Part shown: positions 45,501 through 55,613 of the stretch, in pieces
Position numbering within the stretch: position 1 is the first letter of the stretch
Layout of the letters: each line of letters opens with the position of its first letter
DNA from: Trypanosoma brucei
Lineage: Eukaryota
DNA: 64,000 bases
Assembly: GCA_000002445.1 (NCBI GenBank)
Contig: CH464491.1
Span: 3,328,001-3,392,000, forward strand
Reading direction: 5' to 3'
Program-made: the position numbers and the translations under genes
The notes under the pieces: model-generated
What the model was told of the DNA's origin: nothing
Databases searched by the model: none
What the model saw: the letters and a program-made list of their open reading frames with translations, nothing else

Positions 45501-48500
45501 AAGTAGAACCACCTGGAACGCTTGAGCTGGTAAACCGCAACGGTTGAACAACCTAGCAGACCGCATAGCGTGCGACAAAAACCTCTCTTCCTCATCTCCT
45601 TCATCCAATGCTGTCCCTTGCACGGCACGCTTACCCTTTGGCATGTCCTCAGTCAAAGCTGACACGGACTCGTCAACACCTCCCTTCACTTTGCTCGCGC
45701 GGCGGGAAACCTTCCCAGACGTATCTAATGTGGCTTTCTCTTGGAGCACCTGGCATTGCTCCAACTGCAGTAGTGACATCTTCTCCAGGAAAAAATACAG
45801 CTTCGCTGTGAAAGGAACGCAAAACTGCATGATACGGGCCCTCAGCCACCGTGCAATCTGTCGTCTCCACACCCAGGCAAACCCACGGGTGAGTTGTCGC
45901 AATGTTTCCTTCTCAACAGGTGACCATTCTCCCTCCGCTGTATTACTAACAATATGTTGTCCCAGTTCATTTATAGGCGCAACCTGAGCCCTCGCATCCT
46001 CGGCCGCCAACTCTTTTGCACTCTCCAGTGCGGTCGGGTTATCAGTCGTCGATGCATCGACTGAGGAAGTACCCTTCAACTGTATGTGCAAGTACCCTTC
46101 TCGGCGGAGCCAGCTCCTCATGCTTTCAATCAATCCATTCTGGTGCTCGTTAATAAGGGTGCGGATATCCTTAAGGCGCTTTAATGTATCCAGTGCCAGC
46201 CGTCGCGCATTCACGACATCACCTTGCTCCATCAGGCTCTCTACGACATATGCAGCTGTCCGCGCGTACATGGGATGATCGCACACCTGATGGAGCCGTT
46301 CGATGGCTAGCTGCGCTGATCGACTGTGCACTGCTCGGACCACCTCCAACAACCATGGCGGAATACCTTCTAATACCACGCAGTTGGGCGTCGCAGCCAA
46401 CACCGAGTCGAGTGCTTTGTCGCATGAAGAGAAGACTTTTCTCAAGGAGCCGGCAACCTGAGCAGGCACTTTGAAAAGAATCTCCCCCAGGAGCTCCACA
46501 TATTCGATGGGTACGCAGTCGTCGACGATGTCGTCTAACATTACGTACGAGCTTCCGGGAAATGTCGAAACACCGGCAGCGCACTCAGCAGGGGCGCCGG
46601 TTGTCTGGGATGGTGCCGCAGAGCCCACCCTGGAGCCGCGGCGAAGGCGAGATGAAGTCCCGCGCGAGGCGTTTTCGCCTCGGTTGCCTGGAGCTGGTGT
46701 CCCCTGCGTACCTTCGGGAGCGCTTCCCTTTGAATTCACGACGCGCTGCACTCTGCGCGCACTGCAGCGAATTCGGTGTCTGTGACGGCGCTGCCGCAAG
46801 TTAGGAGCGTTGTATACATCGTTCCATACACGCTCAAATGCCTGAAGAAGAAGCTCATACCACCCAGCGATGGTCGAAGGAAGGTCAGATAAATCCTCAG
46901 AACAGCGCTCGGGCGACACTACCGGGGCCCCTGCAGGGGTTGTTGCTCCCGCCTGTTGCCCCACAATTTGGTCCTTGCTGTTAGTATCAGCATGCAAATT
47001 GGCGCAAGGGGCAGAACAGGGCATAGAAGCCATCCTTCGTATCGTAAGGAGTAATGCACCAAGAACGCGAACCGCCAACAACTGCACGTCCGGATCATCA
47101 GACGTGGAGGTGGGATGTAACAACAGGATCTTACACAATGTGCCGAGCGGCCGCAGCACAACAGGACAGTAATTGTCGTCCACAAGTGTTGGAAGGAGGG
47201 CGTTGAACAACTCGAAGGCACAGCGCATCATACGTCCATAATCTTTAACGCGGAACGCAAGCTCCATGACAAACCGAATTCGGTATGCGCAGCGCATATA
47301 TACAACTTGAGTCTCCTGCAACTTATAACGTTTTGGGAAAGGCACCTCGACCAACATGCTGTGCTCAGTAAAAGGCATGAGCCCTGTGGTACAAAAGTTT
47401 TTGTAAGCGTGGCCTTTCATATCGCCCACAGACATCCAAAGAATAGCCGAAACAAGCGCTCGCAGTTGCAATGGTGATGACGCAGACAAGATTTCCTCGC
47501 TCGGTTGGAACTCTAGGGGGCTTATGATGGTGTTACCATCCCCAGTTGGTGAGGGAGAGCGACGCGAACCCTCCGCGGTGACGGTAGCTGCTTCCCTAGT
47601 AATTGTACCGACGCTCCGTGACGCCGCTGAGTCTCGGAGACATGGCGCATTGCTCTTATCACACAAAAAAGCTGCGTGCAGTACATCCCTTGACTTCTCC
47701 ATCCACTCCGTAAATCCTAGCTTCCCACATATGGTCACGGCGTAGCACCAAATCATGAGAGGAGAGTACGCACTCCCCTCGCGCGGGGCCAGTTTGTCAA
47801 CCCCAAAACTCCCATTTGATCCACTCCACTCGGGACGACACAGCAGATGAAAAGCCTCTTCTAGCATTTCCCGCTGTACCTTCCGCCGGGGTTGATGGGA
47901 TGCCAAACACAACAAGACAAGCGCTAGTAGTAATGCGTCCGAACTCTCCCGCGCCCACGCAACAAGCCGTTTCCTCTCTCGCTCATTGGTATCCAAAAAC
48001 TGTGGTTCCTCCTGGATAAGTGACTTTAGAATATTCTTCTCCTTCAGCGTAACGGCGCCATAAATATTAGCCTTCGCCTGGCGCTCCTTAATTCGTGTGA
48101 CGTCCTCTCTGTGCCTTTCAATAGCTGCAAAAGATTGTTGATACAAACTAGCACACCAACACAGTTCGATTCGACAACGCATTAAATCAGTCCTTATATC
48201 ACGCACCTCCTGCTCACCACTAGCCACCAACGCAGACACATGCGACCCTAAACCTAATCTAGCACCAGTATCAACCCCTGCAACCTGTGCGGAGTTATGC
48301 ATATCCAACAGATGCGTCGCACTGGAAAGCCACCTCAACGCAATATTAATGGCAGAAATCCCTAGCATGGCGTGGTGATGCTTTTTGCGAAATACGCAGG
48401 CGGAGTCCACACCCTTTGGGAGCCCATCTACCGATCCACCAACCTCCCCTCCTTGATGCGATGTCGGTGATGCCGATCCCGCAGCTGCCTCCCCTGAAAC

Positions 48501-51491
48501 CGCATTTCCATCATTGTCGTCACCGGCCCCTTGGGCACCAACAACTTTCTCTTTAACTACTTCTACCTCCGCCACAACCTCTTTTGCATATCTCAGAACA
48601 AGTTCGCTAAAGTCGACAGCGCTTGTCAGCCCACTACTCGCCTTCACATCCAAGTATGTGCATATGATCTCGTGATACAACTCCACCGGGTCCTTATCCA
48701 GTTGGTGCCCCGATGCGACACTCACCCCATTGCCATCACGCAAGAGGGGCGCTGACCTTGTCACAACTGGAAGCTTGCTGGGGGAGTAGCGGGCCATACG
48801 GTGGAGTAAAAACTCCGCGCCACGCTCCAGCAGTTGCTGACAGACTACCCGCACGGACTCCGACACCGCTGTGGTTGAACTCAGCAGAGGTGGGTACAAA
48901 ACAGAGGATGACGTCATGGAGGGAGAGGCAGAGGACAAGCCGTCAACGGGGGCACCGAAGGCCACAGCGATAGCACTGTCGTTATTATTACTGTTGGATA
49001 CACTAATCAACAGAGGCCCTTTACACTGCTCCAACAGCCTCCTGAGATGCTCAGCGACGGGAAAGATACTGTAAATATCTTCCAAAGAATGTCGATCAGC
49101 ACCACTTTCAGCTGCTCCACACCCGCGCACCCTTCGCATGTGCCGAAGGATGTGTAAAGAAGCGGTGAATACATTTGCTAAAGCCCACACGGGTGATCGC
49201 GAGTGCCGTCCACCCACCTTTCCGCTTTCAGGCGATGGTGAAACTGGGCGCGAAGCCAACCCCTCATCACTTTCACCGAGTTTCCGCCACAATAGACTAG
49301 TGGAGCAGATGCAAAGCCGCCCATACAAATCGACATCCGGGGCATCATACAACACGCAATGAAGCAACAATGCTGTAGCGATGCTCTCTTCCTCCGTTTC
49401 CGTTAAGCGGGAGATCGATCGTCCATCACGCTGCTCCTCGTTTCCATGAAAGAGGAAAGGACCTGGTGGCTTTGGGTACCCAATTTCACAGAGCAGGGCC
49501 TCCAGGGTAATACTCCCAAGCAGTACATCGTCTTCGACAACACTGAACTCTTGGGGCACAACATTCCCTTCACGGCCCTTCCGACGGGGCGCAGCACTCT
49601 TCTTCCCCGTAGACTTTGTGGCGGGCGCATCCACAGCGAACGCATTATTTGCGGCTTTAGTCGTTTCAGAGCTATCAAAACCCTCTAGCCGGCATCGTTC
49701 CGCGATTGTAGGGTTTTCCTTCAGATAATTGCGCACCGCGTGACGCGCCAAAAATTCGAGTGCCGAAGTCGCCCACAAGTGCAACTTACCCATGAATGTG
49801 CTCGGATCAAATGCAGCATCACCAAGTTGATCGGTTCTACTTCTTGGTCGTGTCGTAGGGGGTATTGAAGTGATGGCCACAGCGAGCAAGAAACGCATTA
49901 GAGGGCCCCGAGCTCTCTCAACCAACCTTGTCTTTTTCAACGCATCCATGTTGCGGCGATCCCTTGATTTTTGCTGTTGCTTGGCCTTATTAAGGCGATA
50001 CCCTGCTCCTCCAACGAGTGCGGCAGACACCTCCGAGGCAGTTGGCAACTCCACTCTCATCAGTGTCTGCCATGCCTTGTCAAGCACATCAAGTCCACTG
50101 CAGGGAAGGTCACCGTTATACGCTTCAGAACCATCACGAACAGTAGAATCTCCAACACTTGGCACCTGTTTGGTGCCATGCGCCCCATCTCCAGCTCCAC
50201 CGACACTCGGTTGTGGAGGTGAATACCTTTCCGCGCCTGATCCATTCACGTACCAAGTGTACCTCAACACAGTGAGGTGGACATTGTACAAAGCCACGAG
50301 CAGAATCTCCCTGGTTTCCTCTGAAGGCCCAACCCCGTCTACAAACTCAAGTTCCACAAGTTCCCGTACCTTCACCAGCGTGCGCTGCGCTTGGTGCAAC
50401 GCTTCCTCATACATCCCTTGCCGTTCATAACAATTGCATAAAAGCTCATATAGTCGCACGCGCCAAAGCAAGTAGCGCGAAGTTGAGAGCTTGAGTGTCC
50501 CCGACTCACATACCTCGATGCAGTACGCAGTAGAACGTGCAATAACCGGCATTACCACCGCAGTGCTCCCACTTGCGAAACGCATCAAATGCAGGCACAT
50601 TTCATATATCATGACGGTGGCGTTGAACAGGACAAAGTAGTTCAAATCCGCCTCCACGTCACAAGCGGAAACAAGCCTATGGACTACATTCTCTAAACAC
50701 GACGTCGCTTGCTGTAAAACACCGGGGCGGCACCGGAACGAAGAGGCGCCGGTGAAAAGCCGAAAAAACTGGCATGCTTGAGTAAGCAACTCGTACTGCA
50801 CAACGACGCGCCAAGCGTCAGTAAACTTCGCCCGCCTCTCTTGATCAACCTCCTTTGAGACAAACCGCAGACTGCGCCTGCCGGCCGTGGGTGTCTCTCC
50901 CTCAGTTTGCAAAAGGCGACCAAACGCTGTGGTTTTCCTGGCGCTTTTTGATATTGCTGAGACTGTGCCCGCTACGGCGCAAGCATCGCGCAGCGTTGTA
51001 TTCACATCCTTCTCGATAGACTTGAGACAAATATTCATCGCATCATCGTATAAACCACGCGACACAAGGAAGTACGCAGCGAAGATGCACTCCTCCGCGT
51101 ACTGGACAGTAACGTCGAACGCTGGGTGACGGTCACGTCGGTCGGCATGCAGACCTGCCACAATAAAAGACTTTCTGCCTTCCCCCTTTGCAGCCGGAGA
51201 CGTCTGGCTTGCTGCTTGCGGCGACAGGCTGGGTGGCCCACCTCCATACCTTCTGCTGGCGTTACTCCTGTTAAAAGAAGCAATGCTACAAGCCGCTCGA
51301 CTACGTATACTCCCCGTGGGGCTGCAAAAGGCACCGCCCATGGCGATATTGCGCTTTCTACTGTCAAGAAGTTGCTCAAGAAAAACACGATTCCGCCGTA
51401 TATCGGACGATTGCGTCGCAGCGTCCTGTTGAAGCGCAAAGTACCGCAGTTTCTGGTGGAAACTAATGTGGTATTCATCGTTCGCTGTCAT
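39600..51491 (-). CDS. giant hypothetical protein (3963 aa)
   Basis: The ORF is 11.9 kb and uninterrupted, starting at the verified ATG at 51489-51491; the track start is a GTG. Composition is normal and non-repetitive, with scattered helical-repeat-like segments. I recognise no domain. Confidence 0.6.
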   Translation of the reverse strand: MTANDEYHISFHQKLRYFALQQDAATQSSDIRRNRVFLEQLLDSRKRNIAMGGAFCSPTGSIRSRAACSIASFNRSNASRRYGGGPPSLSPQAASQTSPAAKGEGRKSFIVAGLHADRRDRHPAFDVTVQYAEECIFAAYFLVSRGLYDDAMNICLKSIEKDVNTTLRDACAVAGTVSAISKSARKTTAFGRLLQTEGETPTAGRRSLRFVSKEVDQERRAKFTDAWRVVVQYELLTQACQFFRLFTGASSFRCRPGVLQQATSCLENVVHRLVSACDVEADLNYFVLFNATVMIYEMCLHLMRFASGSTAVVMPVIARSTAYCIEVCESGTLKLSTSRYLLWRVRLYELLCNCYERQGMYEEALHQAQRTLVKVRELVELEFVDGVGPSEETREILLVALYNVHLTVLRYTWYVNGSGAERYSPPQPSVGGAGDGAHGTKQVPSVGDSTVRDGSEAYNGDLPCSGLDVLDKAWQTLMRVELPTASEVSAALVGGAGYRLNKAKQQQKSRDRRNMDALKKTRLVERARGPLMRFLLAVAITSIPPTTRPRSRTDQLGDAAFDPSTFMGKLHLWATSALEFLARHAVRNYLKENPTIAERCRLEGFDSSETTKAANNAFAVDAPATKSTGKKSAAPRRKGREGNVVPQEFSVVEDDVLLGSITLEALLCEIGYPKPPGPFLFHGNEEQRDGRSISRLTETEEESIATALLLHCVLYDAPDVDLYGRLCICSTSLLWRKLGESDEGLASRPVSPSPESGKVGGRHSRSPVWALANVFTASLHILRHMRRVRGCGAAESGADRHSLEDIYSIFPVAEHLRRLLEQCKGPLLISVSNSNNNDSAIAVAFGAPVDGLSSASPSMTSSSVLYPPLLSSTTAVSESVRVVCQQLLERGAEFLLHRMARYSPSKLPVVTRSAPLLRDGNGVSVASGHQLDKDPVELYHEIICTYLDVKASSGLTSAVDFSELVLRYAKEVVAEVEVVKEKVVGAQGAGDDNDGNAVSGEAAAGSASPTSHQGGEVGGSVDGLPKGVDSACVFRKKHHHAMLGISAINIALRWLSSATHLLDMHNSAQVAGVDTGARLGLGSHVSALVASGEQEVRDIRTDLMRCRIELCWCASLYQQSFAAIERHREDVTRIKERQAKANIYGAVTLKEKNILKSLIQEEPQFLDTNERERKRLVAWARESSDALLLALVLLCLASHQPRRKVQREMLEEAFHLLCRPEWSGSNGSFGVDKLAPREGSAYSPLMIWCYAVTICGKLGFTEWMEKSRDVLHAAFLCDKSNAPCLRDSAASRSVGTITREAATVTAEGSRRSPSPTGDGNTIISPLEFQPSEEILSASSPLQLRALVSAILWMSVGDMKGHAYKNFCTTGLMPFTEHSMLVEVPFPKRYKLQETQVVYMRCAYRIRFVMELAFRVKDYGRMMRCAFELFNALLPTLVDDNYCPVVLRPLGTLCKILLLHPTSTSDDPDVQLLAVRVLGALLLTIRRMASMPCSAPCANLHADTNSKDQIVGQQAGATTPAGAPVVSPERCSEDLSDLPSTIAGWYELLLQAFERVWNDVYNAPNLRQRRHRHRIRCSARRVQRVVNSKGSAPEGTQGTPAPGNRGENASRGTSSRLRRGSRVGSAAPSQTTGAPAECAAGVSTFPGSSYVMLDDIVDDCVPIEYVELLGEILFKVPAQVAGSLRKVFSSCDKALDSVLAATPNCVVLEGIPPWLLEVVRAVHSRSAQLAIERLHQVCDHPMYARTAAYVVESLMEQGDVVNARRLALDTLKRLKDIRTLINEHQNGLIESMRSWLRREGYLHIQLKGTSSVDASTTDNPTALESAKELAAEDARAQVAPINELGQHIVSNTAEGEWSPVEKETLRQLTRGFAWVWRRQIARWLRARIMQFCVPFTAKLYFFLEKMSLLQLEQCQVLQEKATLDTSGKVSRRASKVKGGVDESVSALTEDMPKGKRAVQGTALDEGDEEERFLSHAMRSARLFNRCGLPAQAFQVVLLAVDGIRTFVCDDPADVQPLNDAQQTLAEDAGGRGSPSCGGTYSSDAADGFIDPRLYRFVGTLSATEQRASVMRTGPRSREKLVALGPYICPLAQTMQRTLLLLWEGYVDYRRDLGIVQPNAVKVRRDVLLDEQLPFQGRVPSLFSLFSPAGQYEEAYLEHARDVEQRKRGHSLLYQTHEVCARESFERTRIQWQSSLQLSSLMEMWVDVIPDVGYFLRELEVDCSLLEQEAEERKCAYDTAVVQRQQWEARVSKKRRKKTEEAGTVRCITKPISFEDPNGMELAAKRLGYTIPMGTAIDKLVFLLKCAQFSCQLASLQIAEEVQKLTSGSFSRHLLPFVLNVQCMIGEPIAKETVDKLLEVYRDESRQKSLSRNARWTWRRYTKTEAYSRAMQRLGRTLLPSWGTQGDSKMSVLSMPNASFNFSADECSLVSDVLVETSRPRATVRADDSVVCGTNPPNADDTNGASRPTSLHDVTGSYDNLISYLRQRRLFGPLAEELYELGRIYILHRQRDEAERCWLDSVDAALGVPESLRNSTAVDTWSEFQAASVGCPRILLAILSLTSLAMYTYREQQKRAVDACLLSARVLERLFEQSSGSGLPQCLRDFCGFALEDIIVLPHLREPLTTLMPQIIHHLLFLGWELLQFKFPVYSAMVACLAEYLARTYTRHVPLTVEIRLLQAKAAAYSGNFRASMGILRDVCQGKRVPCVALESFDLCASGSEALKTTKGLKGADTGAQSRRQAEPAAEAPNNQALQQQQHQEESSQSGLYNDTELPTSPGNVACIQVFITQCFTSPGSDDRPAADAAGASVGQTVSSLMSGASGLPEPVAAYYGKRLSQRVELTLAECLVVLGGKEAAYVWGSLGGQSQPPASGTTTGADRRAMRSRGSQRPMNLTYNNSACREALNAAEQILQVILARLQKVQQQRQGERQQHPRQSGNSTSTVGDGNAFVLRGRKSVPRDSAPPSSRLPDGGNAKRWREVEDTYTRCTSERLLSRIYTVRGESMKALGLLKGLVRSFENGGSFVCNIPHVPSFLWTVGTHNFWCEVYELMTQNHVRLLEYSVAQKVVDHALALCEQCGDSYSARVFSLYRATISMRTGTASDAEETLNGLLDVSRSLVCDSRMDLFHPWTILALEALRREKQCKESQKGSTSSIDLLEGAVLNLQEYSQVHSLLPLTFCFNERKQDDSREVTKRENRREVLWKQLAPLPWSTDAVYVHRAVNTLAEEHIRVGLLDQAEHLLQDVILSVASRYDTAAHPTALIESHFMLARLLCLRNPSLITARQEENPLQQQRKGGETMGGAPVTVMAHEMSSEEEMIASLEPYRQNPVRLLMSVVKQVVSVGIHDYNILRVALLLLSALFSHAGRAFCIVAANCAVLAKLVADMKFHVFSGTSVFSLYGDDAISLGTDVVFAESVTAYIHYQQRNVGNVMEKEGPGWDNAAGGGGSLPPSGPSHPRTRDDRERAAQRNNVSLPAVVSAFAALHRERSLDCLLPPQESLDLELALQHVRSFLQTRTAPLSCSYLWHSEGALESILKQQASSATRPGGAFRTQRTGASTATVIGDDNASPAGFLPPVIIDALPSLLSPQTLQQLHVPRANTVICNTFQYESASADPVAYNENMSIRAASPRCGQGANGGGAACKQAEPVSTLKFVLVVSPANDPAATQPPSVAEKPYHPTKKTARATNKGMTHSLAASTGEGPRWVDAGSIFNMWNSTQCVVFDCPVAEMRQLQAQAAHTLLLMQSPAPSLPLAKAPPGVEGAVDEEDIAAGAALTQQLNEVLSVLFTKLAPPTTGRKAMRAPMTVEGLLSGASNLNATPFGNNSGAVGASGNHGNPWGGRAAIVGAGATDKVASGTAPGYKEKGADDGCDESDEVSPVDEAKSKLVADFIQMIVASIIPRAVVDDALMERNVQMLMPRCAVTVDVVRFLMAVTSNDGHGMSSFNPGLHDWFSRIAAFGSGQVVR

Positions 51492-52617
51492 TGTATAACT
51501 CCTTCGCACTACTTCTGCCTGTTGTTGCCGTGCCCGCCGGCCGTTGTTGCTCTCTGATTTTCTCCTTCAGTGTCTTTCTTTTACACCACTTCCTTTGAAA
51601 CAGAGGGATATATGAGAGTGATTCGAAGGAAAAAAACAGAGGTAAGACAAATGTCATTGAAAGTTAGTGAAGGTTAAAGGAGTGAAAACAAAAAAACTAT
51701 TGATTCTAACCGCCTGGCGTCGAGGAACCAGCACGTAATGGCTAGCAGTCGTTACAAAAAAAAAAAGAAAGACAAAAAACACCTGTGGGAGTTAGTTTGT
51801 GTTGGGTCCTCCACATGTCCAACCGGTCATCAATCGGCTTTATTTTAACGGCGGGTTCAAGGGTAACAAAAAGGGAGGCAAGTGGGAGGTTTACCTCAAC
51901 TAGCCAAGTTTCTGCGGTTTACTGCTGCTGCCATGTAAAGTTGTGTCGTTCCGGAGGTCCGTTACCTTTGTTGACCGCTGACGCTCTAATATTACATTAC
52001 TGTTACGGCAACTAACGGTCACTCACATGCAACACGCGGCAATAAGGCACGACGCCAACCGAGGAAAACAGAGACACACACATATTCATTTGTCATCTTA
52101 CCCATTTATAATACCCGCCTCGGTGCCTGCTGTCCCAAGTATAAACACACGAGAGGGGCACACAGGAAGATGCTCCGTGGGCGGGCGGTGATGGTAATTT
52201 AAAAAAAAAAAGTAACAACAACAATAATAATATGGACTGAAGGTGAATAACAACAACTGTAGAAAGTTAAAATATATACACATATGTGCATATAATGGTG
52301 CAGACAGATAAAATAATGACGATAAATGCGGTATGGGGAAACGATAAGAAGACCAAAAAGGAAGAACACCCATGCCAATTAACCATATAAAAATTTTTCC
52401 CCAAACACCCTCCCCTTATGTCCCTTTACCACCCCTCCTCGTCGCTTTTTGTTTTTTTTGCCATGCGTCTTGTCGCTGTTAGCCCCCACACAAACACACA
52501 CGCCAGCTCCTTCACCCTCTTTCGCGTTTCGCCTCCCTTGACTATTACCCTTCTACCTCATTTTCTGTGAAACACATCCTACCTTAGCTCCACAAGTTTC
52601 AGCTATTCCTTACCTAC

Positions 52618-54765
52618 CTACTTCCGCAGCAGCTGCCGTACATTGAGATGCTTCAGCACAAAAGCCTGTTGTATTGCGTTTTCTCGCAAGTACTTGTAGC
52701 GGTCACTTGCAGAAAAGTGTCCACTCTCCAGATCCATTTTCAGCAACACCTCATTGCTGTCTGTCTTGAGTTCACGGAGCTTTGACGCCCATTTCGCCGG
52801 TTCCCAATACGCGACGCGTGGGTCGTGCAATCCGGCCTGAATCATCAAATGAGGGTAATCCTGTGCACGCACGTTGTCAATTGGACTGTAGCTGTTCATG
52901 TAGTCAAAAAACTTGTACTCATTCGGATTCCCCCACTCCTCCCACTCGCCTGTCGTAAGAGGAATGCTTGGATCACACATGGTTGTCATTACGTCCACAA
53001 AAGGGACACCCGCGAGGGCGACGTGGAATAAATCTGGCCGCATATTCAACACGGCACCCACCAGCAATCCACCAGCACTTCTTCCCTCGCAAGAAAGCTG
53101 CGCGGGTGTTGTGAGACCAGAGGAAATAAGGTGCTCCGCGCATGCAATAAAGTCCATGAAGGTATTCCGTTTGGTCAAGTACTTTCCCCCAACTTCATAC
53201 CACGTACGACCCATCTCACCGCCGCCTCGCACGTGCGCAATAGCATATATCATACCCCGATCAACATACGGCAGGAACCGTGAGTTAAACTCAGGCTCAA
53301 TGCAAATGCCGTAGGAACCGTATCCATAGAGCATGGTGGGGTTGGGCTTCTTCAAATCGATACTGGTATCGTATACGAGCGAGATGGGAACTTTTGTTCC
53401 GTCAGGAGCTGTAGCCAACTCCCTCCGACAAACGTAATTCTTCGATTGAAAGCCGCCCCCCACCTTACGCGCCTTCACAACCTTGCGTTCTCCGCTCAGT
53501 ACGTCCTCGTCGTACCATACAGTGGGGGTTGTCATGGATGAATACCTCAGGCGCAGCAGTGACGCATCGTATGTCTTCATTTGAGAACAAACCACATGGG
53601 CAGTGAAAACAGGCTCATCGAAGTGCAGCTCCTTCAGCGTTGCAGAGCTGAAAAGGCTGTCAGGCCCGAGCCTGACCGTCCATACGCGCGTCAAACCATC
53701 GCGGCGGCCGGATAGAACTGCAAATTTGGCGAATACGGCGACATCATCAATAGTTACCTTGTCGTCATGGGGTATTAGTACGGTCCCCCAATCTGTGGGT
53801 GCACTCCGCTTGGTCAATACAACCTTACCATTTACGCACTTGTCTTTATTTGTCAGCACTATCAGTGTGTCCGTGCCGTGCATCTCCACAGTGTAGCGAA
53901 CCCCCTTCTCACGGGGTCGTACCATCTCGAGTGTGTTGTGCTTAACACCCTTGCGCAGATCCAACAGAAGTGACTCCGAAGTTTCTGATGACATAGAGCA
54001 AATGATCAGCGTCTTGCCGTCACCCGACTTCCCCACACCCACCGAGAAGAGTGGATCGTCGTCGGTGTAGAGGCATACATCTTCACTTTGCGGTTGGCCA
54101 ATAATGTGACGCCATACCTTGTTGTCACGCTTGGAAGCATCTTTCGTAATGTAAAAGAAGCATTCGGCATTGGGCCCCCACACAACACTTCCGTTTGTGC
54201 CTTCAACCTTGTCCGCCACCACGTCCCGTACGAAACGGATGCTGTACACCTCATCCCCGCAGTAATCAACGGAGTATGCTACAAGCGCATGTTCTGGTGG
54301 GGCGGGCGCCACGCAACCCACGACACAAAAAGATTTGCCCTCGGCGAGCTTATTTTCGTCCAGTACAATCTCCTCATCCTCACCCTCACCCGGCGTCTTC
54401 CCGGCCGGTACGCGACAATGAAGCTTGTACGACAACCCCTTTACATCACGCGTGTAGTACAAGAAGCGGTCGTAGACGTAGGGGGCCGACATGTCCGTTT
54501 CCTCAATGTGTGAAATGTGCTCTTGGTAAATGGTTTCCGCCAGGTCTTTAATATCGACCGCGCGCTTCTCGTAATAATCCTTCTCCAAGTGGAGGTGGGC
54601 GAGGACTTCGGGATCGGCACGGTTATCATCGCGAAGCCAAAAGAGTGGGTCGACCTTGCGGCGGGGCGGGTCCATTGGGTTGGCGCCGCGGTCCTCGCCC
54701 TCAACTTTGCCAAAAACCACCTCGTGGGGCCGATGTGCGGCGATTGGACCACGTTCAGTTTGCAT
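52618..54765 (-). CDS. OPB: oligopeptidase B (serine peptidase family S9A)
   Basis: The protein is 715 aa from the verified ATG at 54763-54765. It has the N-terminal beta-propeller region and the C-terminal alpha/beta-hydrolase domain, with the catalytic serine in GRSAGGLL and Asp/His further downstream. The N-terminus MQTERGPIA... matches trypanosome OPB as I remember it. Confidence 0.9.
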   Translation of the reverse strand: MQTERGPIAAHRPHEVVFGKVEGEDRGANPMDPPRRKVDPLFWLRDDNRADPEVLAHLHLEKDYYEKRAVDIKDLAETIYQEHISHIEETDMSAPYVYDRFLYYTRDVKGLSYKLHCRVPAGKTPGEGEDEEIVLDENKLAEGKSFCVVGCVAPAPPEHALVAYSVDYCGDEVYSIRFVRDVVADKVEGTNGSVVWGPNAECFFYITKDASKRDNKVWRHIIGQPQSEDVCLYTDDDPLFSVGVGKSGDGKTLIICSMSSETSESLLLDLRKGVKHNTLEMVRPREKGVRYTVEMHGTDTLIVLTNKDKCVNGKVVLTKRSAPTDWGTVLIPHDDKVTIDDVAVFAKFAVLSGRRDGLTRVWTVRLGPDSLFSSATLKELHFDEPVFTAHVVCSQMKTYDASLLRLRYSSMTTPTVWYDEDVLSGERKVVKARKVGGGFQSKNYVCRRELATAPDGTKVPISLVYDTSIDLKKPNPTMLYGYGSYGICIEPEFNSRFLPYVDRGMIYAIAHVRGGGEMGRTWYEVGGKYLTKRNTFMDFIACAEHLISSGLTTPAQLSCEGRSAGGLLVGAVLNMRPDLFHVALAGVPFVDVMTTMCDPSIPLTTGEWEEWGNPNEYKFFDYMNSYSPIDNVRAQDYPHLMIQAGLHDPRVAYWEPAKWASKLRELKTDSNEVLLKMDLESGHFSASDRYKYLRENAIQQAFVLKHLNVRQLLRK

Positions 54766-55613
54766 GATTGCGATGGAAAGTGCCTCCGAGTGTGCAAGTG
54801 TATACAATTGTGTTGAGGGAGCCCAGCAATCGGATGATAATAGTTATTTCCTTTCCTTTTAATTATGTCGTTATTTTGCTTCCTCACGCACAGTGATATT
54901 CCTTCCTTGTTCCTTCGTTCCTCCGTTTTACAGGGTGTAGGGTGAAAGGGAAAGAAACTTGATAAATTTTGCTGTAGGTTTACAGCGATCATAACCTCCA
55001 CCACTGCCCTTTTAAAAAAGAAATATTTAGACTCTTCAGCCGTCCTTCCCCTGTGATAAGCTTCTCTTCCACCAAAAAGCACACACAAACATATGTGAGC
55101 ATACCTCCTCGTAAATACATGGGTAAATAACACCACAAACGTCAACAAAAAGCTTTGAGGTAAGGGATGCTCCTGAGATAACACGGTCTCATTATCAATG
55201 GGTGATAAGGCACTGAGATATAAGAAGTGATGGAGCCATGAAGCCATAATCCATCGGAAAGACCAAATCAGCGCCCAATGGTGGCACACACCTCGTCCTG
55301 TGAATTCTTCACACACCTTCCCTACCCCCCCCTTTTTTCTCACTCTTTTTAACATTGCATCCACTTCCCACACCTCGCGTTGCAAGCGTTTAGTGCGGCT
55401 TGTGTAGTATACGTCTCCCAACCCACCAACAGACCGTAAGCTACCCTAAAATCCCCATGTAACCGTCCGAGCGAACGGATGTACACGTTGACAGCTCGCC
55501 AGAAGCAAGTGAGACTCCTCTACAAACATGTAATGTACACACCCAATCTAACCCATTTAGAGCTACACCAAGGTAAAAGCTAGGGGCAAATAAACAGAAA
55601 AATGGGCATTCTT

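Noticed and set aside
39928-50430. Numerous 60-190-aa ORFs on both strands inside the 11.9-kb giant gene
   Set aside because: All are nested within or antisense to a single uninterrupted 3963-codon frame, and none has independent support.
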